Part shown: one piece after another, positions 1 through 12,216 of the stretch
Layout of the letters: every line of letters begins with the position of its first letter
How positions within the stretch are numbered: the first letter of the stretch is position 1
Assembly (NCBI GenBank): GCA_951406725.2
Contig: OX597816.1
Coordinates: 180,358,001-180,422,000, forward strand
DNA: 64,000 nt
From: Octopus vulgaris
Lineage: Eukaryota
Reading direction: 5' to 3'
Program-made: the position numbers and the translations under genes
The notes under the pieces: model-generated
The model's input: the letters and a program-made list of their open reading frames with translations, nothing else
Told to the model about the DNA's origin: nothing
Database searches by the model: none

Positions 1-1323
1 TGGTTGATGTTCAGTTCCTGAACACTACAATTCTTGATAGAAAATATAGGGAACGAAATATTATAGTGTGGAATTTGGTAGGTAGGAGACAGAAGGGATA
101 ACAAAAGAAGGGAGAAACCATATAAAACTATGACGAAAGTAGCTTACGACTTCCTATTTCAGAGAGTAGAGACTGTTATAGTAATGGCAAAAGAATTATG
201 GAGGAGAAAAAGCACAGCCATGTGCTTGCTGTGGTTGTAGTGTGTTTGTGAGTCAGTGTTTGAGTGGTTAGAGTATGTTGATGGATGGATTTTACAAATC
301 AAATGTTTTTACAATTTCTCCTAAATAATGTAGTTTGCATCTTAGTTTTTTTACATTTTATTAAGGTTTCTTATTAGATTGCTAATGTTTTTTCTTAAAA
401 AAGCCATAACACATCTGTCATCAAGCTTCTCTTCAACACTCAGAGCAGTGAATAAATTGTACGTTAACACGTTCCTTCGACACCTGGATTATTTATCATA
501 TTTGCTTCTGGCTTCATCAGGTAATAATATGCTACAAATAGAATTCATCAGAGAAAAAGACTCTAGGTTATTCCTAATTTGAGTATAATTATCAAATTTG
601 TTAACTGTCTGCTAGAGGTTTTCCACAGTATTTGTGATTGTACTAACATTCATATGACTCCAGGTCTAAATGATGAATAGTTCAGTGTCTGCAATAACTT
701 TTCCAGAAATTTAGCTTTGTGTTCAACACTTCATATTCTATAGTATTCATTAGCTAAAAACCATCTTCGAAATACCTTGTGGTTAACATCCCCTAAACCT
801 CCTTCTCCTCTTTTCCATTTACCCCATTTTTCACTGAACTAACACTCTTGTAGGAGTTACACATTGCACCACACCCCCACCTTCCTATTGCAGGTTCATC
901 CAACTTCATTTCTATCTGTTATATTGATGTACTAAGGTCCTTACATTATAGGGTGTGTGTGTGTGTGTGTGTGTGTGATCAGAGATGGTTGAAAGGTTAG
1001 AAGTTTGCTTCACAAACATGGACACCTGCATTCAATTCCGTTGTGCACTCTCTGCATGTATCTTTTATGATAGCCTCAAGCTGGTCAGAGTTATAAGAGA
1101 AATGGTTCGAGGTGAAACTGTGGATTTCCATTGGAAAATATGTAGATGGATTGTAGATAACAAGCTTTGTCATACACACTGTTATACTAAATCTGCCTAA
1201 AAATTGTAAATGATGCATGTGACTTTGAAACACTCGACTCTTTACATGCAATTAGTGAATGGATCTCTTGTTTAAAAATCAGAAACACTCATTGTAGAAA
1301 CCAGCATGAGACCCTTCGGTCTT

Positions 1324-1510
1324 AGGTGTGGCTGTGTGGTAAGAAGTTTGCTTCCCAACCACATGGTTTCAGATTCTGTCCCACTGTATAGCATCTTGGG
1401 CAAGTGTCTTCTACTGTAGCCCTAGGCCAACCAAATCTTTGCGAATGGATTTGATAGATGGAAACCAAAAGAAGAGTGTGATGTGTGTGTGTATGTATAT
1501 ACATATACAT
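1324..1510 (+). mobile_element. SINE family A, 5' half (tRNA-like head and body running into (TG)n)
   Basis: gtggctgtgtggtaagaagtttgcttcccaaccacatggtt...cttgggcaagtgtcttctactgtagcc, repeated many times in the window; A-box-like and B-box-like motifs present. Confidence 0.8.
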
Positions 1511-1937
1511 GTATGTGTCTGTCTAAGTAAATAGTGTTATTTGTAGTTGATGCTTATATTGTAAAAGTCAAATACATGTGTATAACTCCAACTCAGTTAA
1601 TCTTACTATTAGGAGTGACACTCATGGGTAGGAATGCTCTACAAGGAAATGCTGAGATCATATTACAAATTTTCATCAACATTGTTGCTGTATAAAATTA
1701 TGGCCTAACTCTAACAGATTCATGATGGTCATTGCAACCAAAACTGCCTGAAATCACATTCTACTCTTAAACTTTGAGAAAATGTATTGAATGATGTAGC
1801 TCCAGATACACTTTGTCTGAATAAAAGATGAGAGATTTAGATTGCCATTGAAATGCCTTTAATCATAGATCTGTTTTCCGAGAGCCAACTTGGGGCTAAG
1901 AATAATATTGTCATTGTGTAATATGAATATTGGTATA

Positions 1938-2302
1938 GGCACAGGCATGGCTGTGCGGTAAGAAGCTTGTTTCCCAACCACATAGTTCTGGGTTCAGTCC
2001 CAATGTGTGGCAAGTCTCTTCTACTTTAGCCCCAATGTGAGTGGATTTGTTTGAAGGAAACTCAAAGAAACCCACAATATATATATGTTTGTGCCTGTAT
2101 TTGTCCACCACCACCACTTGACAACTGGCGTTAGTGTGTTTACAACCCCGTAACTTAGCAGTTCTGCAAAAGAGATTGATAGAATAAGAACTAGGCTTTA
2201 AAAAATCCTGGGGTCAATTCATTCGACTAAGAGTTCGTTCTTCAAGGTGGTGTCCCTACGTGACTGCAGTCTAACAATTGAGACAAGTAAAAGATAAAAG
2301 AT
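1938..2302 (+). mobile_element. SINE family A, near full length
   Basis: Head ggcacaggcatggctgtgcggtaagaag, central TG/TA tract, tail ...taacttagcagttc.gcaaaagaga...acaagtaaaagataaaaga. Confidence 0.85.
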
Positions 2303-3276
2303 CAATATACAGTTTACAAGTCTGAATTTTTAAACTTATCCAACTTCTACCAAACCAATAATGAAATCACTGAGAAGTATCTGCTATAATCGAATGATTC
2401 CATCTCCTACATGAAGCTATGTCGTGGGCATTTGTCTGTTGCTTCAGTTGAAAGCAAATAACCCTGTGGTTGTTTTTTGTTGTGTTTTTTCTACATCAGA
2501 ATGAGTTATTTTCAGCTTTGTTGTAGAAACTGTCTGCCAGAATATTTGTGTTGCCATGCTGTTTGTTTCTATAGATGAGTATGTTGTGAAGCTGTAATGG
2601 AGAAATTCTTGACACTCTGTATGAAGAGGTGGAATTTCACTCTCACCATATTTCTGTAAATTCTGCTGCTCTGTCAACAACAGTGAAATAATACTTAGTA
2701 ACAAGAAAGAAGAATGCCATATGCTTAAAGAATTGATAGTTCTGCTATTTATCAATTTTCTCATCTCATCCATTCTTCTTAATTTCTTATCTTCTGTCCA
2801 TTCAGCTTCTAACTTAAAACAGTTTTATTATTTTATCACCATCTTCATCATCATCATCCTCATCATCATCATCCTCATCTTTTGCAACAATACTCATTTT
2901 GTTTTGCTGCCCTGTCTACAATCCTTATTTGCAAATATGACAATAACTGGTTTGCTGTTGTTTGGCTGGTGGCAATTTGAAGACAGCTGTTTATTTAGTT
3001 CAGTTTAAGCTGGATTTGTGTAACTGGCAATGAACCACACACTGGTTTTTGCATAGGAAAAAATATTGCCTTGATGATTAAGGGATGCAATGTACATTAT
3101 CAACAAAAAATCCATGTGGAAAGAGTAAATCATGGAGCCAGTATATTAGCAGTGAATAGAACCCTATTCATTTAAGTGCCATTAAACTCAAGACATATTT
3201 GTATGTTTACAAAAGATTTATAAGAAATTGGGACACATTGGCCCTTTTATTAACATATTTCTGTTGACATATAATG

Positions 3277-5160
3277 TCATCATCATCATTGTTTAACATC
3301 TGTTTTCCATGCTAGCATGGGTTGGACAGTTCGACCTGGGTCTGGGAAGCCAGGAGGCTGCACCGGGCTCCAGTCTGATCTGGCAGTGTTTCTACAGCTG
3401 GATGCCCTTCCTAATGCCAACCACTCCGTGAGTGTAGTGGGTGCATTTTACGTGCCACCAGCACAGGGGCCAGAGGAGGCTGGCAAACAGCCACAATCAG
3501 TTGGTGCTTTTTATATGTCACCGGCACGGATGCCAGTCAAGGCGGCGCTGGCATCGGCCACGTTCAGATGGTGCTTTTTATGTGCTACCGGCATGGGTAT
3601 CACAACTACAGTTTCCATTGATTTTTATTTTGATGTTGATGTACTTGACTCAATAGGTTTCCTCAAGCACAGCAGGTCGCCCTACAATCCAAGGTTAGCA
3701 CAGCAGGCCATCCTGTGAGCCATGAACTCACTTCATTTTCGGGTCCCCTAGTGGCAACAAAGGGTCGCCAGTAGGGAAAGAAGCTTTCTAAACTTTGCTC
3801 AGGCTATTCTTATTCTAGTGGTAACACTCTCTGAGCATCCACTCCCACTACTAACTTGGTCACCTAGGTAGCAGAAACTATCAACTACTTCTAGTTTCTC
3901 CCCCTGGGGTGTGATGGAATCTATTTTCTGAATATCAATGGTGTCTATTGCCCCTATGCATCTGCTGCACACAAAAGCTATCTTCTTGGTTAAATTTCCT
4001 TTGATGTTGCTGCAACTCTTATGTGTCCATAGCTTACACTGGGTACACCTTATGGAGCTTCTACCTACACCTTTTCTACAGATCGAGCAGGGCTACCTAC
4101 CTAAGGGAGTGTGTGATGAGTTCGCCTTCCTACTTACTAGAACTTTTGTCTTTGCTTCATTGACTCTAAGGCCCTTTGATTCTAAACCTAGCTTCCACAC
4201 ACGAAATTTCTTTTCTGGTTTCGGTAATGATTCTGCTATGAAGGCCAGGTCATTAGCATAGAGGAGCTCCCAGGGGCAAGCCATCTTGAATTCCTGTTAT
4301 TGCCTGGAGGACTATGATGAATAAAAGGGGACTGAGGGCTGAACCTTGGTGGACACCTACTTCTACCTGGAATTCTTCACTATACTCATTGCCAATCCTA
4401 ACCTTACTAACAGCCTCTCTGTAAAGGGCCTGTACAGCCCTTCTTAACCATTCATCAATCTCCAGTTTCTGCATCGCCCACCAGATAAGGGATTGAGGGA
4501 CCCTGTCAAAGGCTTTTTCCAAGTCCACAAAAGCTAAGTAGAGGAGTTTATCTTTAGCTAGGTATTTCTCTTGCAGTTGTTGAACCAGGAATATGGCATC
4601 AGTGGTACTTCTACCCAGCACAAAACCGAACTGTATTTCATCTAAGCAAACTCTCTCCCTGATGAGATGGGCTGTGATGCTCTCCGTGACCTTCATCACC
4701 TGATCCAGCAGTTTGATACCCCTGTAGTTATTTCTATCTAGAGCATCACCTTTACCCTTGTAGCAGTTGACTATGGTACTGCTACGCCAGTCATTGGGTG
4801 TGACTCCATCATGAACTACCTGGTTTACAATACGGGTGACTAGGCCATAGCCCACACCACCAGATGTTTTAAGCATCTCAGCAGTGATTCCTGATGGGCC
4901 AGGGGCTTTTCCTGGCTTCATACCCTAAATTGCTTTATCTACTAGGGAGCTGTCTATTTGGATAGCTGGTCCCTCTACTGGGTCAACATTTGGCAGGCTC
5001 TCCTCCTCCCATTCATTCTCCACATTCAGCAGTCTTTCATAATGGCTTCTCCAAGCCTCTTTCTTTTCAGAATCATTAAAAGCAAGTGCACCATCATCCA
5101 TGTGGACACATTTCTCTCCTCTGACATCACAGAAAACTCTCTCTCACACACTGTCTTGCA
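3277..5160 (-). mobile_element. 5'-truncated, degenerate RTE-clade LINE (RT, PHD-like finger, 3' UTR, (GAT)n tail) with an internal deletion near 3745
   Basis: ORF 4253-4921(-) has RT motifs KAPGPSGI, YKGKGD..NYRGIKLL, QFGF..GRSTTDAIF, AFVDLEKAFDRVP, GVHQGSALSPLLF. A frameshifted continuation gives LLYANDL (YADD mutated), then EVVDSFCYLG. 3277-3745 is the 3' UTR, ending in (cat)n on the + strand. Confidence 0.93.
4093..4921 (-). pseudogene. Disrupted non-LTR reverse transcriptase of the RTE element
   Basis: RT motifs are split over two frames (4253-4921 and 4093-4284), the catalytic YADD reads YAND, and there is an in-frame stop at 4093. Confidence 0.9.
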
Positions 5161-5388
5161 CTCCGAAATGTCTTTGTTTCAATTAATTTTTGAAGTAATG
5201 AAGGAATTTATTAAAATAACTTTGTTGTTATTAAAATGGTGTCTGGCACATTAATTAGCCTAAAGCTTTGATCGAAGATTAGGATTTAGTTCACTGTAAA
5301 ACAGTAAGTTTGTGTCTTAGAACTGGGGGTGGTCTCCGGCAGGTTGATATCAAAAGGATTAATGTGTTTAGAGATTATACTGATTATA

Positions 5389-5830
5389 GGCACAGGCATG
5401 GCTGTATGGTTAAGAAGCTTGCTTTGCAACCATATAGTTTCAGGTTCAGTCCCACCATGTAGCACCTTGGGGAAGTGTCTTTCTGTTATAGCCCCAGGCC
5501 AACCAATGCTTTGTGAGTGAATTTGCTTGATAAAAACTGTGTGGAAGCCTGTCATGTGTGTGTGTGTATATATAGTTATATATGTGTATACACACACACA
5601 CACATGTGTGGGTGGGTGTTTATGTTTGTTCCACATCACCATTTAACAACCAGTGTTGGTTTATTTAAGTCCCCGTAACTTACCAGTTTGGCAAAAGAAG
5701 CGAATAGAGCAAGAACCAGACTTGAATACTGAGATTGATTTGTTCAACTAAACCCTTCAAAGGCAGTTCCCCAGCATGGCTCTTGTCCAATGGCTGAAAC
5801 AAGTAAAAGAGAAAAGATAAAGGTAAAATA
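5389..5830 (+). mobile_element. SINE family A, full length
   Basis: Same head, central microsatellite and ccagcatggc...tgaaacaagtaaaagagaaaaga tail as the other copies. Confidence 0.85.
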
Positions 5831-6344
5831 TTGAAAAAAACTGTGGCCTTGTGCCAGTTTCAGATATCAATGATTCAGTGCAAACAATAGGCTAAAACTG
5901 TGTTTGATATACAATACCCAGCCATGTTTCTCACAAAAGCTCCTTACCTTAACTTGAACCATTAACCATACTAACCATGACCACCACCACAACTGCCACA
6001 CAATAATCACTTACTCTCTTCAAACTAACAGATCAACTTACTTAGTGTTAATTGATGCATTCATCTGTAAAGTAATCGTTCCTGTTTGATCATAAACACT
6101 CTACTCAAACCTTCCTCTCCAGAAGTTAACCCACTGGAACTTTCTGTTCACCCATGTTAACCTCTCAGTGAATGATCTCACAAAAAAGATCATAACTCGC
6201 CAGCCAATGCAGCATGTTCTTGAATTTCAGATAATATGAAAAGGTTCAAAGAAGTGCCTGTTTCCACAATGACTAAACTATATGAATACGGCTGGTATAT
6301 ACATACATACATACATACATACGAGTGCGTGTGTGTGTAATTCA

Positions 6345-6385
<41 letters not shown>

Positions 6386-6388
<3 letters not shown>

Positions 6389-6677
6389 GCGCAATGGCCC
6401 AGTGGTTAGGGCAGCGGATTCGCGGTCGTAGGATCGCGGTTTCGATTCCCAGACCAGGTGTTGTGTGTTTATTGAGCGAAAACACCTAAAAGCTCCACGA
6501 CGCTCTGGCAGGGGGTGGTGATCCCTGCTGTACTTCTTCACCACTCTTTCTCTCACTCTTTCCTCTGTTGGCCTGCTCACTTAGCCAGTGGGGTGGCATC
6601 ATTCGAAGGCTAAAGCAAACGCATTGTGACCAGCGATGTGTAACTACATCGGATGGACTGGTCGGTCACGTGACGTG

Positions 6678-6680
<3 letters not shown>
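6386..6680 (+). mobile_element. SINE family C (tRNA-derived head), tail type 1, inserted in (TA)n
   Basis: gaggcgcaatggcccagtggttagggcagcgga..ggtttcgattccc (A and B boxes). First ~175 nt closely match 12420-12601(-); the 3' part differs. Confidence 0.85.
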
Positions 6681-6734
<54 letters not shown>

Positions 6735-6747
6735 CACACACACATAT

Positions 6748-7135
6748 AGCTGTATAGTAAGAAGTTTACTTTCCAACCACATGGTTCTGAGTTCAGTCCC
6801 AATGCATGACACCTTGGCCAAATTACTTCTGGTATAGCCCCAGGCTGACCAAAGCCTTGCAAGCACGTTTGGACAGAAACTTAAAGAAGGCCCTCTCGTA
6901 AATAGATAAGTATATATCTACATGTGTGTCTTTGTGTTGTATTTGTCTTGCACCACCACCACCACCACTTGACAGCTAGTGTTGGTTTCTTTATGTCACT
7001 TAGTGGTTCGACAAAAGAGACTGATAGGATAAGTACCAGACTTTAAAAAAAAAATCATCAGGGCTGATTTGTTTGACTAACCCCCTTGAGGTAGTGCTTC
7101 GGTATGGCCATAGTCCAGTGATTGTAACAAGTATA
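6748..7135 (+). mobile_element. SINE family A, degenerate full-length copy
   Basis: ttccaaccacatggttctgagttcagtccc head and acaaaagagactgatagg..taagtacc tail. Confidence 0.75.
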
Positions 7136-8272
7136 ATATAAGAGATATATAAATATACACAAACACATCATTTGATATACTCCTTCTGTGATGGCATGGT
7201 TGGATGGTTTGACAGTAACTAGCAAGTCAGAAGCCTGCACCATGTCTGCCTTAACATGATTTCTATGGCTAGTTGCCCTTCTTAATGCCTACCACACACA
7301 CATATACACATACATCAGCATCGTCATTTAATGTCCATTTTTCATGCTAGCATGGGTTGGTCAGTTGATAAGAGCTAGTAAGGCCAGGGATCACACCAGG
7401 CTCCATTGTCTGTTATGGCATGGTTTCTATGCCTGGCCACCCTTCCTAATACCAACCATTCTACAGTGTACTACATGCTTTTTATGTGGCACCAGCACTT
7501 TTAATGTTGCATCAGCATGAGTGCTTTTGGTATGTGGCACCAACACTGGTATCACTTCTGCCGTGGTGGATGGGTTCAATTCTGCTGACAAACTCATACA
7601 TAAATATGTACACACACACACACATATTTATATTTATGTGTATGTGTGTTGTATACACATGTGTATTTATACAGTCAATATAAATGTTGGTTGATTAATT
7701 TCTCCTATTACACTTAAAATCACATAGAAAGCGGGTAAAAGAGGGTAAAAGAAAAATATATTCACATACACACATGTATGTATGCATGCATATTTATATG
7801 TATGTATGTATGTACTCAGAACAAATTTTTTTTTTTATAATTCTCAGAATATGGTGGTTTATTTCTCATTCTGGTTCTCATACTGTTTTCTAGCATAAAG
7901 CTCAAATTGTTCTGTTGACACCCTAATGTAAATGATATTCCATTCTCACCCGCAGAATACAGTAAAGTTGTTTGTTGTGGAAGCTCAGCTTTTAACCTTA
8001 CTGACAACCCATGAACCTAATTGATCATCATTTATTTATTTATATATTAATTTGTTTTGAACTCTCATCAGTTAAAACCTTACTTGTGTTTAATTTTAGG
8101 AGAACTCTGTAACCTCAGCTGTTCATGTCAAACATCTTAGTCTTTAAAGAGAAAAACAAAAATAACATTACTATCATCAACATCCTCCTCATCATTGGTG
8201 CATGTGTGGTGGGAGAGTCACTGCTACCCATTTTAGTTTTAGTAATTATTTCTTTTGTAAACAAATTAAAAA

Positions 8273-8715
8273 CACAGGCATGGTTGTGTAGTAAGAAGTT
8301 TGCTTCTCAACCACATTCGGTTCCTGGTTCATTCGGGCAAGTGTCATCATCTACTTGAGCAGTGGGCTGATCAAAATCTTGTGAGTGAATTTAGTAGATG
8401 GAATTTGATAGAAGCCCATCATATACATATGTTTATAGGTGTATGTTTATATGCATGCAGGCTCATAAAAATGTGTGTGTGTGTTTTACTATGTCCTTAC
8501 ATTGACATTGCATGATAATTGTAAACAATTGTCATGCAAGCAATGTGCTTTGTTTCCAATCTTCCATGAAAACATGTCTGGTCATGGTGAAATATTACCT
8601 TACTTGGAAACAAGATCCCTTGTACAAGAAAGGCATCCTGCCATAGAAAATCCACCTCAGCAAATTCCATTCAACCCACACAAGCATGGAAAAATTGATG
8701 TTAAAATGATGCTGA
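8273..8715 (+). mobile_element. SINE with family-A head and RTE-type 3' tail
   Basis: Family-A head, then aacatgtctggtcatggtgaaatattacc, ending aaggcatcctgccatagaaa...caagcatggaaaaattgatgttaaaatgatgctgat like the RTE LINE 3' end. Confidence 0.7.
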
Positions 8716-8734
8716 TTTATTATTATTGTTGTTG

Positions 8735-8774
<40 letters not shown>

Positions 8775-9261
8775 TTCAATTTTGTTACCATTTTTTTTTT
8801 GCCGAGTGTCTTATCAACACTTAGAGCAAAGAAATTCACTGTATACATGGGTAGGCCATTAAAATAAACACACCCAATTGTTCATCTACAAAGTCAAGAT
8901 ATGTGATAGAAAAAAAAGGAAAAAAGAAAGAAAGAGAAAAGAAAAAATAGAAAATAATGAAAAACAAGAAAATAAAGGGGGAAAAAGGAAAGAAAATTCA
9001 CGGCGACAATGCTCTTTTCAATATATGTGACATACCAGTTAAAACAATGTTTTGCACTTCTTGCATGGATGGTAAGCAAGGGATCATTCTCAAATAATTT
9101 TCAAGCTCCTTGTTTGATCATTCCAAATGCTCCTACAATCATTTGGTATTGTAAGCATCTTGAGATGCCATCTTTTTTCTGATTTCAATAAGCAGATCAT
9201 TGTATATTCTGAGCTTGTCAAATTCTTTTTTGATGAGATATTATTCTTGCTAATATTATTA

Positions 9262-10552
9262 AGGTGATGAGCTGACAGAATCATTAGTATGCTAGGCAAA
9301 ATGCTTAGCAGCATTTCATCTGTCTTCAAGTTCTGAGTTCAAATTCTGCTGAGGTCGACTTTCCTTTTCATGCTTTTGGAGTTGATAAAATTAGTACCAG
9401 TTGAACACTGGGATCAATGTAATCAACTCATCCTCTCCCCCAAAATTGCTGCCCTTGTGGCAAAATTTTGAAACCATTATTTATTATTATTATTATTATT
9501 CTAATTATTAAGGTGATGAGCTGACAGAGTCATTAGTATGCCAGGCAAAATGTTTAGTGGTATTTCATCCGTCTTTATGTTCTAAGTTCAAATTCCACTT
9601 TGCCTTTCATCCTTTCAGGGTCAATAAAATAAGTACTATTTGAACACTGGGGTCAATGTAATCAAGTTATCCCCCCTTCCCTAAATTGCTGGACGAAATG
9701 CTTCTAAGCATTTTGCCCAGCATGCTAATAGTTCTGCCAGCTTGTCGCCTTGTGCAATTATGAGATGAAATAAGTACTCAACTAGTTCTTACTTCATCTA
9801 CCCTCAGAACATAAAGATGGGCAAAATGCTGCTAATGATTCTTCCAGGTCAGTGCTCTCATAATAATAACAATAGGAATAATAATTTCTGATTTGTAGCC
9901 CTAGGCCAGTAATTTTGTGAGGAGGGTGAGTTGTCCATACTATCAACTCCAGTATGCGACTGGTACTTTATTTTTATTGATACTGGAGAGATGAAATTCA
10001 GACTGTTGACCTTGGCAGAATATAAAAAACTGAAAAAAGGAGTTTTTTCCAAACTCTAAAGGTCCTGCCCATCTACCACTATCACATTGATAATGATGAT
10101 GATGATAATAATAATTCATTCTTTTATTAGCCACAAGGGCTCACATACAATAATGATAATAATCTTTTCTACTATAGGCACAAAGCCTGAAATTTTGGAG
10201 GTGGGGGATAGTCATTTACATTGACCCCAGTGCGTAACTGGTATTTATTTTATTGACCCCAAAAGGATGAAATGCAAAGTCAACCTCAGCAGAATTTGAA
10301 CTCAGAATATAAGGAAGGTCACAATGCATCTTGCATGGCATGCTAATGATTGTGTCAGCTTGCCACCTTAATAATGATATAATAATTGTAATGATCATTT
10401 ACAGAATAGGCACAATGCATGAAATTTTGTGCTCAACAGGTATTCAAGATGAGAGGTAGAATAAGTCTCAGCAGAATTTCAACCGTGAACATAAAGAGCC
10501 AAATAAAATGCCACATTTTGTTCAATGTGCCAATGATTCTGCCAGCTCAATG
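9262..10552. mobile_element. Cluster of about six SINE family B copies in both orientations, separated by (TTA)/(TAA) tracts
   Basis: aggtgatgagctgacagaatcattag...gagttcaaattc...ctttgcctttcatccttt..ggtcaataaaataagtac on + at about 9262-9480 and 9510-9690. Reverse-complement copies at about 9690-9750, 9880-10080, 10165-10370 and 10405-10552. Confidence 0.8.
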
Positions 10553-10629
10553 TCATAATAATAATGATAATGATAATAATAAAAATAATAATAGTAATAA
10601 TAATAATATTCATTCGAATATACTCTATC

Positions 10630-10997
10630 CCATGTTTGCATGAAACGAACAGAATTTGTACTGCCAGATGCACTTGTTCCCATCCCTCACCTGTTTCCAA
10701 GTAATGTTTTCCAAGCATGTTTTCAAGGAAGATTGGAAACAAAAGATCTTAGTTACCTGAATGTTACATTCATTTATTACTATCACATGAAGTCAAAGCA
10801 AGGAGACAGTAACACACACACACACACATGTACAACAGGTTTCTTTCAGTTTCGCTCTACCAAATTCACATTCAAGGCTTTGGTCAACTTGGAGCTATAG
10901 TTGAAGACACTTACCCAAGGTGCTATGCAAGGGGACTGAACCCAAGACCATGTAGTTGGGACATCAACTTCTTACCACACAACTACACTTGTGCCTG
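10630..10997 (-). mobile_element. SINE with family-A head and alternative tail, degenerate
   Basis: Reverse complement of the family-A head at 10830-10997; ccctcacctgtttccaag tail segment at 10680-10700. Confidence 0.7.
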
Positions 10998-11474
10998 ATA
11001 ATGTCTTTAACAATAGTTCTTTATCACCCGAGGGCTTACTATGTAATACAAATCCTATTTCATTCATACTGTTAGATTACAGAATGTGGAAGTGAATATA
11101 TACAATAAGTGGTGTTTCTCCCAACTTCAAACTATAGACAAAGTTCAAGAGAACATCTCCACTACTTCTTGCATAACAGTTTTGTTAGCTGTGCATAATA
11201 ATTGAAGTAATCATGAAGTAATGATTGACCAACTTAGTTCTGCTGTCTAGTTGCAGTAAAAATAGAATTATATTATCTAAATATATATGAAAATTACAAA
11301 TCCGATATGTGATAGGTAGGTGGCTTCGATACCCTGATATTTGTCTGCCTAGGCTAACAAAGATATCAAGAAAAATTGCTCAGATATTATAAAAGATTGA
11401 AAAGAAACCTAATATGTGGCCTACTTCTATTCAAGTGTCACATAATTTGGGTTATATAAAAATTAAGTAAGTTA

Positions 11475-11829
11475 TTCTTTTACTTGTTTCAATCATTTGA
11501 TTGAAGCCATGCTGGAGCACTGCCTTTAGTCAAGCAAACTATCCACAGGACTTATTCTTTGTGAGTCTAGTACTTATTCTATTGGTCTCTTTTGCTGGAC
11601 CGCTAAGTTACGGGGACGTAAACACACCAGCATCGGTTGTCAAGCAATGTTGTGGGGACAAAAACATATACATATATAAATACATATATACCGTCTATCA
11701 AATCCATTCTCATGGCTTTGGTGAGCCCGAGGCTATAGTAGAAGACACTTGCCCAAGGTGCCACGCAGTGGGACTGAACCCGGAACCATGTGGTTGGTAA
11801 GCAAGGTACTTACCACACGGCCACTCCTG
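11475..11829 (-). mobile_element. SINE family A, relatively young copy
   Basis: CpG-retaining reverse-complement copy (ccgctaagttacggggacgtaaacacaccagcatcgg; gtgccacgcagtgggactgaacccggaaccatgtggttgg). Confidence 0.87.
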
Positions 11830-12216
11830 GATCACAGTCATGAAAAAAAAAAAAGCAAAATACAGTAGAAAGATTATTTTGAATCATATCTTTGAAGCAT
11901 TGATAGGTTTGAAAATAAATCTTTTTGAGAAACTTCATGATACAAGTACATAATGATACAATCACTTCATCATATCGCAACACAGATTTTTACAGATGTT
12001 GATGGCTTTAATAACTGTTAGTACTGGTAATTACAATAGTAAGTAAAATTGTAAAAATAAAATAATCAGATTTTGCCATGTAGATATTATTACCAATGTA
12101 TCTGTATGTGTTTTGTGCTGCCATTGTTAATACTTAGCTACGGCTACTGCAATACAATATCGAGCATATTTAGATATAATGGTTAGTAATAAAAAACAAT
12201 TGAATAATAATCACAT

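Noticed and set aside
2444-2773. 109-aa minus-strand ORF
   Set aside because: No recognisable domain; it may be an ancient LINE relic but I cannot support this.
3938-4261. + strand ORFs over the RTE element (also 3317-3718 and 4958-5254)
   Set aside because: Antisense shadows of the LINE.
6386-6460. tRNA gene (also 12525-12601)
   Set aside because: It has A and B boxes but no convincing acceptor stem, and continues into a SINE body; the second copy is enclosed by a TSD.
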